This document shows, piece after piece, positions 17,015-26,177 of a stretch of DNA of 59,957 nucleotides. Position 1 is the first letter of the stretch; the number at the start of each line of letters is the position of its first letter. Under the pieces are notes generated by a model. That model was not told where the DNA came from and searched no databases. It saw nothing but the letters and a program-made list of their open reading frames with translations. The stretch is from a virus, in the IMG/VR virus record IMGVR_UViG_3300047160_003019, positions 1 through 59,957 of that record, one strand, 5' to 3'. A program made the position numbers and the translations under genes.

Positions 17015-17042
17015 GGTCAAGCGGACGAAAGTGAGCGAGAAG

Positions 17043-18572
17043 ATGGCTAACGGTGACGATCAATATAGTGACCTGAGAGCGGAAGGGCTTGGGACGGAGG
17101 CTGGTAGATATGCCCAAGGCTGGGGCTATGGGTCAGGTGTGTTCAATCCGCTGATGCCGACGCAGCAGAGTACGAACCCGTTAAAACGAATGAGTCCGGA
17201 ACAGGCGGCGGCTATGTATTCGGGAGGGTACGGGCCTGATTTCTTTAGTGCAGAACTGATAAAGAATATGGTACAGGGAATGTATGGGTTGGCGAGTAAG
17301 CCGAGCCAGGTAATATCGGGTGAGTTCCCAGTCAGGCCAGGATCAACTGATGTAAGTGATGTTAAACCGATTACACAGTATGGAGGGGAGTTGGCACTTG
17401 CGGGTATGGGTGTTGGTATGGCCGCGCCTCCGACCAGTGCCGGTATGTTCGCTAGTATCGGATCGAGGACTGCTCGACTGACCCCAGACAGATTTGCTAA
17501 AATTGGATTGGGGGAGGGGTCAGTTGTAGAAGCAATGGATATGGCTAAGAAAGGAATACATAGGGATGAGGTGTTTGCCAGGACTGGATGGTTTCAGGAT
17601 GCAGGTGGCAATTGGTTGTCTATTATAAATGACCGGAATGCAAGGATGAAGTTGCATAATCTGGATAACCTTGGGACTGATCCGAATTATCCCCAGTATG
17701 GGGATCTTTATGGACCTAAAGCGCCAAATATTATGAAGCCGGGGACACAGAAAGTAGGAGATGTATTTGACCATCCAGAGTTGTACGAAGCATATCCGTT
17801 TCTGAAGGACATCCCAATTGAGTATATACCTCCTGAGATGGTAACGGGAGCGGGTGGGTATAGAATGAGTGGAGGTTATCATCCTCCCATGGGTTCAACG
17901 CCTCATAAACTTGCATTGGCACCTAACACCCCAGAGGGTTTACAGAGTGTGTTAGTGCATGAGTTGCAACACGCTATACAATATAGAGAACTGCACGGTA
18001 GAGGCGGAAGCGCAGGGGAGTTTTTACCACCTGGGTTTGAAGAAGGGCTTGCACATCTGGAAAATGGGAAGAATGACATTGAGAATCTTTTCCATCAAGC
18101 TGGATTAGATCCTAATGATGTTCAGCGGTATCATGGGATAGGTCCATATAGCCATTTAGGGCCTGAGAGAGGGTTTTTGAGTCCTATGGAAGAATACCTT
18201 ATGAAAGCAATACCCTCAGATATGATTAAAAGTTATGGTAATCTACTGAACATGCACGATTATGCGTCAATGGTTAATAACCGGGCGTTCAAAGATTATC
18301 TAAATTTGTCAGGGGAAGTTGTATCTAGAGCAGCACAATCACAAGGGGCCTTGAAGGATTGGAGTCAACCACTCTGGAGGATACCAGACTTCACAGGAAC
18401 TATGGGTGTTGGTGGGTATCCTGCGTTTTGGTATCCGGTGGAGTATGGTAATCAGTTATCTATTCATCCATATCGTCCTCCGTATGAAGGAGGCTTACTG
18501 GATCATCCGACTGTCAAGGGTAGAAAACTGCCTGGTATAATACCACCGGGTATGTTTCCAGCGCCAGAATAG
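17043..18572 (+). CDS. HExxH zincin metallopeptidase-like virion protein, paralogue 1 (509 aa)
   Basis: MANGDD start after GAGCGAGAAG. Carries VHELQHAIQ, GWFQDAGGNWLSIINDRNARMKL and YLNLSGEVVSRAAQ. Clearly homologous to the next gene. Confidence 0.8.
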   Translation: MANGDDQYSDLRAEGLGTEAGRYAQGWGYGSGVFNPLMPTQQSTNPLKRMSPEQAAAMYSGGYGPDFFSAELIKNMVQGMYGLASKPSQVISGEFPVRPGSTDVSDVKPITQYGGELALAGMGVGMAAPPTSAGMFASIGSRTARLTPDRFAKIGLGEGSVVEAMDMAKKGIHRDEVFARTGWFQDAGGNWLSIINDRNARMKLHNLDNLGTDPNYPQYGDLYGPKAPNIMKPGTQKVGDVFDHPELYEAYPFLKDIPIEYIPPEMVTGAGGYRMSGGYHPPMGSTPHKLALAPNTPEGLQSVLVHELQHAIQYRELHGRGGSAGEFLPPGFEEGLAHLENGKNDIENLFHQAGLDPNDVQRYHGIGPYSHLGPERGFLSPMEEYLMKAIPSDMIKSYGNLLNMHDYASMVNNRAFKDYLNLSGEVVSRAAQSQGALKDWSQPLWRIPDFTGTMGVGGYPAFWYPVEYGNQLSIHPYRPPYEGGLLDHPTVKGRKLPGIIPPGMFPAPE

Positions 18573-18589
18573 GTTAAGGTGAAGCTGAG

Positions 18590-20008
18590 ATGAATGGGGA
18601 CGGGTCATACGCAACTGACCGTGGGTATGGGTACGGGTCAGATGTGTTTAATGCACTGGCACCGCCGCCAGCTCGTTCAGCGTTGAGTCCGTTTGCGAAG
18701 CCATTTGTGAATATGAGTCCGGAAGAGGCGTTGGCGGTATATAGTGGTGGGTACGGTCCGGACCCGATGGGTGCTAATATGCTGTGGGGAGCTTTGAAGG
18801 GTTTTGGGAATTTTGTGAGTACGCCGGAACGTATTGTGAGTGGGGAGGCGACACCGTATCCTGGATACTCGAACACGGTTAACCCGGCTGCGTATGCTGC
18901 TGAAATGGCGGGGTATGGGCTCGGGATCGCTGGGTGGGGGCCACGGAATCCTACCAGTATGTTTGGTGGGATTAAAGCGGAAACAGCGAAACAGGTAAGC
19001 CCAGGTGATATTTATTCGGCGGCTAATCCAAATACTAATAAGACGTTGAGAGAGGCTTTGGACTTAGAAATGGCTGGAAAGGATAGGGATGAGGTATTTC
19101 GCGGTACTGGGTGGTATAGATTGCCTGATGGTAACTGGTCTTTTAATATAAATGACCGCCCGGCGAGACTAAATCTGAAGAACTTCGATAGGTATCCAGG
19201 TACGGGTGGTGGCCCTACCCTTTACGGCCTTTCAGCTATGCAGAGGTTGAGAGGAGATGTGAAAGTAGGTGATTTGTATAATAATCCTGAGTTGTATGCA
19301 GCATACCCACATCTAAAGGATATACCAGTTAGAGTGAGCCCTCATTTCGGGCCTAGAGAAGCAAGCTATAACCATAATAATAATACTTTAACGATAGGTA
19401 CTGGTACAACAGCTGATGATTTGATGGACTCATTTGGACATGAGTTGGGACATAGTGTTCAATTCTATGAAGGCTGGGCTAGGGGAGGAGCCCCTATGGA
19501 ATTTAGGCGGCCTAACTTCGGACAAATAGCAGGTCAAGTAACACAGTCTAGAAATACTATGGAGCAGGCTTTTAGAGATGCTGGTATTGAGCCTCTTCAT
19601 GTTCGACAGATCCATGGGTTTGGTGAGTTTATGAGACCTACCGATCTTCCTGGTGTTGATCCTACATATGTAAATTTTATAAAGGGATTAGATCCAGCTA
19701 CAATTGGTCCATATAGAGATCTGATAAATTTTTATAAAGAGTTGGGTATGGAGCAAATAAAATCTAATCAGAGTTATCTCAATTTGGCAGGGGAAGTACA
19801 ATCTAGAGCAATTGAGGCGCAGAGAGCTACTAAGAGATACGATCAGCCACTTTGGGAGATACCAGATGTTGTGGCCTATGATTGGGCAACCAAAAAGCCT
19901 GTTCTTGGTTCTCCAGTACCTTATGAACGACAAATTATCTTTCCGTTTGATAGACCTATAACAGCTGGTGGAGGTTTGCAGCCGTGGTCACCGAAACCGA
20001 ACCCATGA
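18590..20008 (+). CDS. HExxH zincin metallopeptidase-like virion protein, paralogue 2 (472 aa)
   Basis: MNGDG start. Carries GHELGHSVQ, GWYRLPDGNWSFNINDRPARLNL and YLNLAGEVQSRAIE. Confidence 0.8.
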   Translation: MNGDGSYATDRGYGYGSDVFNALAPPPARSALSPFAKPFVNMSPEEALAVYSGGYGPDPMGANMLWGALKGFGNFVSTPERIVSGEATPYPGYSNTVNPAAYAAEMAGYGLGIAGWGPRNPTSMFGGIKAETAKQVSPGDIYSAANPNTNKTLREALDLEMAGKDRDEVFRGTGWYRLPDGNWSFNINDRPARLNLKNFDRYPGTGGGPTLYGLSAMQRLRGDVKVGDLYNNPELYAAYPHLKDIPVRVSPHFGPREASYNHNNNTLTIGTGTTADDLMDSFGHELGHSVQFYEGWARGGAPMEFRRPNFGQIAGQVTQSRNTMEQAFRDAGIEPLHVRQIHGFGEFMRPTDLPGVDPTYVNFIKGLDPATIGPYRDLINFYKELGMEQIKSNQSYLNLAGEVQSRAIEAQRATKRYDQPLWEIPDVVAYDWATKKPVLGSPVPYERQIIFPFDRPITAGGGLQPWSPKPNP

Positions 20009-20012
20009 CCTG

Positions 20013-20351
20013 ATGGTAATGACAATGATAGCGAATGGAGTCTCGACTGGTCAGAGAGCTTGCCACAAGCAAGTACGCGAGATTGCAATGGAGGCCGCTG
20101 GCCAGATGTATCAGAGTTTGATGAGCAATGATATGTATTACAGAGTGTGGCGGGAACAGAACCCAGGGGCCAACGCCCAGCAACTAGAGAAGCGGTTCAT
20201 AGACCGGAACTGGCCCAAGTGCATTGAGTTTGCGAGGGCAACCCTTGTGGAGATGCTGAAGAGGCCGGATATAAGTGAGGAAATGAAAGAGGACATTATG
20301 GACATACTGGAGAAGGACCAGTCACTCCAAGGCAAGATAGTGGTTGGATGA
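20013..20351 (+). CDS. hypothetical protein (112 aa)
   Basis: First ATG after the upstream stop. The longer ORF from 19968 would overlap the upstream gene by 41 nt. Confidence 0.6.
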   Translation: MVMTMIANGVSTGQRACHKQVREIAMEAAGQMYQSLMSNDMYYRVWREQNPGANAQQLEKRFIDRNWPKCIEFARATLVEMLKRPDISEEMKEDIMDILEKDQSLQGKIVVG

Positions 20352-20369
20352 GCGACTGAAAGGAGCGAA

Positions 20370-20392
20370 TTCATTGAATGAATGTTGGCCAT
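20370..20392. promoter_or_regulatory. conserved intergenic motif copy TTCATTGAATGAATGTTGGCCAT
   Basis: Exact core, 2 nt upstream of a TTGACA box. Confidence 0.65.
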
Positions 20393-20394
20393 TA

Positions 20395-20423
20395 TTGACA
20401 CGGTTTCGCAATGGTGGTATGGT
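20395..20423 (+). promoter_or_regulatory. sigma70-type promoter candidate TTGACA-17-TATGGT
   Basis: Perfect -35, 17-nt spacer and a 4/6 -10. About 20 nt upstream of the scaffold gene's SD. Confidence 0.5.
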
Positions 20424-20446
20424 GACAGTGCCGAAAGGTGGATGAT

Positions 20447-21271
20447 ATGTCTGACAACCGAAGCACAGCAGATCCAACCCCTCCGCAGGAGCAGCCACAA
20501 CAGCCTCCTGTTGAGCTGCCAGTCCCTCCGACTGAGCCAACGGAGCCAACATCTCCGCCACAAGAACCGGAACAGCAACCGCAACAACAAGAGCCTGTGG
20601 CGGCGCCTCGGTCTGACTGGAGAGACAGGCGGATTGGAGAGCTTACTCAACGGTCGAAGGAACTGCGGGACGAGAATGCACGGCTACGTGCGCAAATAGG
20701 TAGTGATCCAGCAGCTGCTCGTGGACCGGATGGTAGGTTCCAGCAACCAGCAGGTTACAATGGACCTCCCAGTCAAGAGGCTATTGATGCTGAAATAAAC
20801 AACCGCGCAATGAATATTGCAGCCAATCAAGATTTCAATAGGCGCTGCAATGAAGTAGCTGAAGTCGGCCGAAGGAATTACGCGGATTTTGATAGTAAGG
20901 TCCAGAGTCTAGTGGGACTGGTTGACGCGAACGATCCGCAGAGTGTTTTCACTTACAATGAATTCCTGCAAGCAGCGATAGAGACTGGAGAAGCTAGTCG
21001 TCTGATCCATATACTTGGTGGGGATTTGGACGAAGCCAGTCGCATACTGAGTATGACTCCAAGAAGGATGACGGTTGAGCTAACAAGGATGGCGGCGAAA
21101 CCTGTCCAGGAGTTGAGTCGGACACCAAGACCGATTAATCCTGCACCCACCAACGGGATGGGTCAGAGAACATCTGCCAGCCCTGACGATCCAGGGTCGG
21201 ATAGTATGAGTACGGAAGAGTGGATGCGGCGTCGGAACGAGCAGATAGCTGCAAGGACCGTTCGCCGGTAA
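20447..21271 (+). CDS. scaffolding protein candidate (274 aa)
   Basis: Pro/Gln/Glu-rich N-terminus and a helical charged body. Directly upstream of the major capsid gene. ATG at 20447 after AAAGGTGG; a GTG at 20438 is also possible. Confidence 0.7.
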   Translation: MSDNRSTADPTPPQEQPQQPPVELPVPPTEPTEPTSPPQEPEQQPQQQEPVAAPRSDWRDRRIGELTQRSKELRDENARLRAQIGSDPAAARGPDGRFQQPAGYNGPPSQEAIDAEINNRAMNIAANQDFNRRCNEVAEVGRRNYADFDSKVQSLVGLVDANDPQSVFTYNEFLQAAIETGEASRLIHILGGDLDEASRILSMTPRRMTVELTRMAAKPVQELSRTPRPINPAPTNGMGQRTSASPDDPGSDSMSTEEWMRRRNEQIAARTVRR

Positions 21272-21433
21272 TTTGCCGGTAATTGGTTTCCTCGGACCTA
21301 AACCGAGTGTTGAGTCCCCATCCTCCCGATGATGGGTGTTGGCTTCCCCGGCAGCCGAAGGTCGGGTGTTCACCTCCAAGGCGGTTGCAAAGCCTGGAAA
21401 ATGCAACCTGTGCCTTTTTTAGGGAGATGAACA

Positions 21434-22666
21434 GTGGCCAATCAACTGCTTACAATCAACATGATTACCCGAGAGGCGGTCCGTCTCTGGAAGAACGCGA
21501 ATGCATTTCTACAGAACGTAGATATGCAGTACGATGACAGCTTCGCTGTCACCGGGGCTAAGATCGGTTCCTCGCTTCGGATAAGGCTGCCCAATGATTT
21601 CACAGTCACCACCGGGCCTGCCCTTAATGTGCAGGATACCTCTGAGCAGTCCACAACCCTGGTTCTCGCGACACAGAAGCATGTGGACGTTGCTTTTAGC
21701 CTTGCCGATCGGACTATGTCTTTGGACGATTATAGCCGCCGCGTGCTGGCTCCTATGGTCAATAACCTTGCCGGTCAAGTAGCAGTTGATCTGATCGGCG
21801 GTGGTGAAGGTGGCATCTGCAACATCGCCGCCAACCTGGACTCGTCCGGAAACATTATCGCACCGATTGCCTCGACGTACCTGCGGTCGGGGGCCACACT
21901 CCGGAACAACTCGAGTCCGGTTGCGAATTGGAAGATTGTTAACAGCCCAGACACCGAGGCGAGCGTGGTTGCGAGCCTTAGCGGGCTGTTGAACCCGGCG
22001 CCGGAGATCAGCCGCCAGTATATCACCGGCCGGATGTATGATGCCCTTGGGTTCATCTGGATGGCGGACCAGACTGTTATCACCCACACCAACGGGGCGC
22101 TGGCCCAGGGGTCTGCGACCGTGAACGGGGCGGGTCAGACAGGCCTCAGTCTGACCGTCAATGCCCTGGCAGCTGGCATCAACATGGGCGATATTCTCAC
22201 CATCGCCGGTGTCCGTGCGGTCAATCGTATTACCAAGCAGTCATACGGACGGTTGCGGACGTTTGCGGCGACTGCCAACGTTCCGTCTGGTGCTACCTCC
22301 ATCCCGATCTATCCTGCTATCATCCCGGCACTGTCGCCAGGGGTGCCCCAGCAGTACCAGACGGTTGATGTGAGTCCCGCGAACACCGCGGCGGTCAACC
22401 CAGCACTGGGCCTGGCAGCGAGCACTCAATACACCAAGAACTTTGCGTATGCACCGGAGGCAGTCACGCTGGCGACCGCGGATCTGGAGATGCCCAGGAA
22501 TGTCCATGAGGCTGCTCGTGAAGAGTTTGACGGAGTGTCCATGCGAATGGTTACCGATTATTTCATCGGCACCGACCAGCTTATCACTCGTCTGGATGTC
22601 CTCTACGGGTATTTGTGGATTAGACCAGAATGGGCGTGTATTGTCGCTGACCAAGTGTACCAATAG
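21434..22666 (+). CDS. major capsid protein (410 aa, GTG start)
   Basis: Strong SD TAGGGAGA, right size, follows the scaffold. The N-terminus (ITREAVRLWKN...YDDSF...GAKIGSSLRIRLP) resembles P22-type coat proteins, from memory. Confidence 0.85.
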   Translation: MANQLLTINMITREAVRLWKNANAFLQNVDMQYDDSFAVTGAKIGSSLRIRLPNDFTVTTGPALNVQDTSEQSTTLVLATQKHVDVAFSLADRTMSLDDYSRRVLAPMVNNLAGQVAVDLIGGGEGGICNIAANLDSSGNIIAPIASTYLRSGATLRNNSSPVANWKIVNSPDTEASVVASLSGLLNPAPEISRQYITGRMYDALGFIWMADQTVITHTNGALAQGSATVNGAGQTGLSLTVNALAAGINMGDILTIAGVRAVNRITKQSYGRLRTFAATANVPSGATSIPIYPAIIPALSPGVPQQYQTVDVSPANTAAVNPALGLAASTQYTKNFAYAPEAVTLATADLEMPRNVHEAAREEFDGVSMRMVTDYFIGTDQLITRLDVLYGYLWIRPEWACIVADQVYQ

Positions 22667-22695
22667 TTGGTCTGAGCGACCGAAAGGGAGCGAGG

Positions 22696-23211
22696 ATGAA
22701 CTGGCGGCAGCGGATCATTGCTGATTGGCCTAACGATTTGCAAAGGCAACATAAGTGCCGCGAGGCACTTATGTTGATAGAGGAAGCCCTGTCACAGCTG
22801 GCAAGCTTGGGGCACCCTCTGCACTTGGAGGAGGGCTACTGCCCTCCCCCAAGACCTGAATGGCCACAGGTCTGGTTCCACATTTATCAGGGAGCAAGGG
22901 ACTTTCACTGCCAAGAGGATGTGGACGAAGCTGGACCTGACTGGTATCCTACAATGGAGGAGGCCAGACATGCCGCGGGTGTCACAAAGCAGAACCAACG
23001 CGGAGGTATCTTTACTAAAGCTTTACCGGCAGTCCCCATCCAAGACACGCTTACGGCGATTGCTGATAGAGTTAAGGAAGAGGAAGCGGAACGAGCCGCT
23101 GCTATCGCCAAACGACAGTTCGTTGCTGAAGCCAGGGCTGAATACGTTGCCAGAAACGGAGCCTGGGGAAACATAGCTACTGAGAAGAGAAATGCCCGGA
23201 CTTTGGACTAA
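22696..23211 (+). CDS. hypothetical protein (171 aa)
   Basis: GGGAGCGAGG SD and a clean ORF. Confidence 0.7.
   Translation: MNWRQRIIADWPNDLQRQHKCREALMLIEEALSQLASLGHPLHLEEGYCPPPRPEWPQVWFHIYQGARDFHCQEDVDEAGPDWYPTMEEARHAAGVTKQNQRGGIFTKALPAVPIQDTLTAIADRVKEEEAERAAAIAKRQFVAEARAEYVARNGAWGNIATEKRNARTLD
22747..22776 (+). other. perfect 13-bp stem with a GCGA tetraloop (CAACATAAGTGCC-GCGA-GGCACTTATGTTG), 80 nt downstream of the capsid stop
   Basis: Exact inverted repeat with a GNRA-type loop, lying inside the next CDS. Confidence 0.6.
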
Positions 23212-23383
23212 ATCAGGCCGTCCGCGCCAATTACATTGTAAGCGTGGGCATTCACTTGATGATGCGTATGTAGTTTACACTACGAAAGGTATCAAACGTA
23301 CCTGTCGTAAGTGTCGATATATACGCCACAGACAATACATTGGATGTCTCTCAAATAGGTCTAAAAATGCCATCCAAGTCTAA
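23192..23383 (+). CDS. possible zinc-ribbon protein (63 aa)
   Basis: HCKRGH...RTCRKCRY. Overlaps both neighbours, so uncertain. Confidence 0.35.
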   Translation: MPGLWTKSGRPRQLHCKRGHSLDDAYVVYTTKGIKRTCRKCRYIRHRQYIGCLSNRSKNAIQV

Positions 23384-23534
23384 AGCCCAACAGGAGTTTA
23401 TGGGTGCGGACCTGAGACGGGCTCGGGAAGGCAAGAAGACTCGGACAGGGATGAGTGAGTCTCAATTGGAGGACTTTGCCGCTACTAAACGTAAGGGACT
23501 CCCACAGAAGGTTAAGCAGAAAGGGAAGAAGTGA
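23367..23534 (+). CDS. small basic protein, DUF3008-like (55 aa)
   Basis: MPSKSKAQQEFMG...LEDFAATKRKGLPQKV resembles the DUF3008 family, from memory. The start was chosen at an internal ATG. Confidence 0.55.
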   Translation: MPSKSKAQQEFMGADLRRAREGKKTRTGMSESQLEDFAATKRKGLPQKVKQKGKK

Positions 23535-24022
23535 TGGCCAACGCGCGTAGGACTCGGTTCACAATCTATGATGTGATGGAAAGCCAGGGGGTTTTTGAGG
23601 ACAACCCGGCCAATGCATCGAGTGGGAACTATAGAGGTCCCCAAGAGTACCCAAAGATGTTCTATCACCCGGAAGGGCGTGAGAACACTATCCAGCGGGC
23701 CGAGATCATTGCGACTCCAATGGGGCCTGAGAAGGTTGGGGAACTCAAGGAATTGATCTATCGGCCAGCAGCGGATGCGGATGAGGAAGCTGCGTTGCGT
23801 GAGTTGGGATGGCACGATCACCCAGCTAAGGCAATGCACGCGGCAGGGAAAGAGATGCCGCAGATGGTGGCCCTTAACAGGGAGTCTGAACTGGAGCGGC
23901 AGATCGCTGAACTGACCAAGCAACTGGCCGAGGCTCGGATGATTCCGAAACCGCCGCCGCATCCAGACGCTAAATTTGAGCCGCAACCGAAGACGGTTGC
24001 GGCTCCTAATAAAGCGGCCTGA
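23534..24022 (+). CDS. hypothetical protein (162 aa)
   Basis: The ATG overlaps the upstream TGA. Confidence 0.7.
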   Translation: MANARRTRFTIYDVMESQGVFEDNPANASSGNYRGPQEYPKMFYHPEGRENTIQRAEIIATPMGPEKVGELKELIYRPAADADEEAALRELGWHDHPAKAMHAAGKEMPQMVALNRESELERQIAELTKQLAEARMIPKPPPHPDAKFEPQPKTVAAPNKAA

Positions 24023-24038
24023 CCGCTAGGGAAGGCCG

Positions 24039-24926
24039 ATGAGCTACCTCGAACCGCAGAACACTACGATGGGCGACATTTGCCGCGCTGCGCTCAAAGA
24101 GTGTGGTGCGGTTGGGGTGGGACAGACGCCACTGGCCGAGGACATAAATGATGCATGGGCGCGGTTGCAGTGGATGCTCATGCAGTGGGAGCGTAAGCGG
24201 TGGCTCCTATACCATCTGGTCAGTCTTTCGAAGATTAGCACTGGTGCTATTTACTATACTGTTGGCCCTGGCGGCGATTTTGATACTGGCCAGCGAACTA
24301 TGCGGCCGGGACGGTTGTCAAGCGCGTTTGTGAGACAGCAGTTTCTAGGGTCGTTGACTGATCCGCAGAGCGTCTGGGACGCTAAGCAAGGGACGGTACA
24401 AGACCCGCTAGCGTACTCGACCTGGGACGGCGGGCAAAGTTTGTGGGACGACACTCCAGCCAATATGCAGCCGAACAATAATGCGGTGGACTACAACCTG
24501 GAGATTCTGGACAGCAAAGAGGACTATAATCGGATTACACTTAAAACCCTGTCCGCTGGGCCGGGTGAAGCAGCGTTCTTGGATACAGACTGGCCACAGG
24601 CGTTGCTGTATGTTTGGCCCATCCCTCAAGCGGGTATTTACGAGATACACATCTCGGTCTATATGCAGCTTCAGGTCCAGTTCATAAACCCTGCGGATAT
24701 GTTTGACATTCCGTGGGAATACTACAACGCCATGATGACCAATCTGGCGATACGTCTGCGGCCGAAGTATCGGATGGGAACGTACCCTGGTGATCCGTTG
24801 CCGGGGATTGCTAAAGACAGTTTGGCTGTGCTACGGAGTGGTAATACTCAGGTTGCACGGTTGAGGATGCCCAACTCTATCAGGAGAAGAGGGCTTTACA
24901 ATATCTTCTCCGACAGACCGTACTAA
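24039..24926 (+). CDS. head-completion / adaptor protein candidate (P22 gp4-like N-terminus, 295 aa)
   Basis: The N-terminus ICRAALKECGAVGVGQTPLAEDINDAWARLQWMLMQWE resembles the gp4-type pattern, from memory. Position is downstream of the capsid gene. Confidence 0.6.
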   Translation: MSYLEPQNTTMGDICRAALKECGAVGVGQTPLAEDINDAWARLQWMLMQWERKRWLLYHLVSLSKISTGAIYYTVGPGGDFDTGQRTMRPGRLSSAFVRQQFLGSLTDPQSVWDAKQGTVQDPLAYSTWDGGQSLWDDTPANMQPNNNAVDYNLEILDSKEDYNRITLKTLSAGPGEAAFLDTDWPQALLYVWPIPQAGIYEIHISVYMQLQVQFINPADMFDIPWEYYNAMMTNLAIRLRPKYRMGTYPGDPLPGIAKDSLAVLRSGNTQVARLRMPNSIRRRGLYNIFSDRPY

Positions 24927-24941
24927 CCAAGGGAGCGAGTG

Positions 24942-25358
24942 ATGCAGGGACCGGGCGGACCAAATCCTAGTGGTATTCCGGGCTTTAATGCTCAATATGG
25001 GATTACCGCACACGCGGGCGGTGGCCAAGCGCAAGCCACCCAACTCAACGGGTGGTTGAATACTATTACCACCGTTGCGACCGCGGCGGACTCAGTGCAG
25101 TTGCCGCCGGGGTACGCGGGTATGGAGGTGACTGTTATCAATCACGGTGCCAACTCCTGTCAGGTGTTCGGGTTCCAGAGCACCGTGCTGGGAGATGTGG
25201 TGACTGATACCATTGCGCCCGTCGGAAGTGCGGTGCAGGGCACAGTTGGTGTGGCACTGGCAGCATTGGCGGTAGGTTTGTTCTACTGCATGACTGGCCA
25301 AAGCGGTCCCAGCAACGCCATCGTCCCAGCACAGTGGCAATTTAAGTTGATTGCGTAA
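24942..25358 (+). CDS. small fibre-like paralogue 1 (138 aa)
   Basis: Segment SVQLPPGYAGMEVTVINHGANSCQVFG is shared in pattern with the genes at 25396 and 26539. Confidence 0.7.
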   Translation: MQGPGGPNPSGIPGFNAQYGITAHAGGGQAQATQLNGWLNTITTVATAADSVQLPPGYAGMEVTVINHGANSCQVFGFQSTVLGDVVTDTIAPVGSAVQGTVGVALAALAVGLFYCMTGQSGPSNAIVPAQWQFKLIA

Positions 25359-25373
25359 TTACGCAATCAACTT
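25344..25373 (+). other. 30-bp perfect palindrome AAGTTGATTGCGTAA|TTACGCAATCAACTT spanning a stop codon
   Basis: Exact self-complementarity. Confidence 0.7.
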
Positions 25374-25395
25374 AGCAATCGAAGGGAGACTCTAA

Positions 25396-25839
25396 ATGCC
25401 TGATGCATCATCTCCACCGAGATTTATGATGGACCTTGCTCCATCTCTGCAAGCAGGGTATCGACTTGTTGACGCAGGAGAGCTGCAAACTCTGTTCCAG
25501 AATATCTTCGGGATCATCGGCGGGTACGTAGCTGCTGGTACGATCCAATCGACCGGTACGCCGCTCAGGTCTGGGATCAGTACCTATACACCGTCAGCGG
25601 GTAATACAGGTGTGATTTTGCCGCCTGGATTGCCGGGGCAAGAGGTCACAGTTGTAAACGGTTCAGGGACCGTGGCCGGTGTGCTGTATGGAAACGGTGG
25701 AGACCAAATTATTCCGTTGGCGTCGGCGACAGCAGCTGGGTCGTTGGCTATGCCAGCAGGGACAACCGCGGTCCTGATTTGTGTGGCCAAGAACCCTGCA
25801 ACTGGGGTGGCGACCTGGAAGGTCACATCCCTGGGATAG
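25396..25839 (+). CDS. small fibre-like paralogue 2 (147 aa)
   Basis: GVILPPGLPGQEVTVVNGSGTVAGVLYG. AAGGGAGA SD. Confidence 0.75.
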   Translation: MPDASSPPRFMMDLAPSLQAGYRLVDAGELQTLFQNIFGIIGGYVAAGTIQSTGTPLRSGISTYTPSAGNTGVILPPGLPGQEVTVVNGSGTVAGVLYGNGGDQIIPLASATAAGSLAMPAGTTAVLICVAKNPATGVATWKVTSLG

Positions 25840-25850
25840 TGGAGTCCGTT

Positions 25851-26162
25851 ATGGCACTGGTATCCAATGCGGCTATCGTTGTGACTGACCTACTGAATGG
25901 TACGGTGTATGGATATGCTGCTGCTCACGATCTGTTAGGTGCAGGGACGACGCTCAATATGAGCAACTTCCCCAAGTCAATATTTCAGATCGTGAACAAT
26001 ACTGGGACTCCGATCCCGGTTAATGTGCCGAACGGACCTCTCGTGACTGTGCCAGCTAACGGATCGGCAGCCTTGTCCACACACTCGAATATTGCTCCAG
26101 GGAAGTCGGTTGTAGGCAAGATTGGACCGAACGGCAGTAGTCAAGGTTATTCCTTTAGCTAA
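25851..26162 (+). CDS. small structural-module protein (103 aa)
   Basis: Internal ATG after GGAG. The longer ORF would overlap the upstream gene. Confidence 0.65.
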   Translation: MALVSNAAIVVTDLLNGTVYGYAAAHDLLGAGTTLNMSNFPKSIFQIVNNTGTPIPVNVPNGPLVTVPANGSAALSTHSNIAPGKSVVGKIGPNGSSQGYSFS

Positions 26163-26177
26163 TAGGAGCCGAAGGCC

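Noticed and set aside
20138-20650. 170-aa - strand ORF, and the + strand ORF 20382-20699
   Set aside because: Both cross the intergenic promoter and motif region and overlap the scaffold gene out of frame. The translations are Arg/Leu/Ser-rich.
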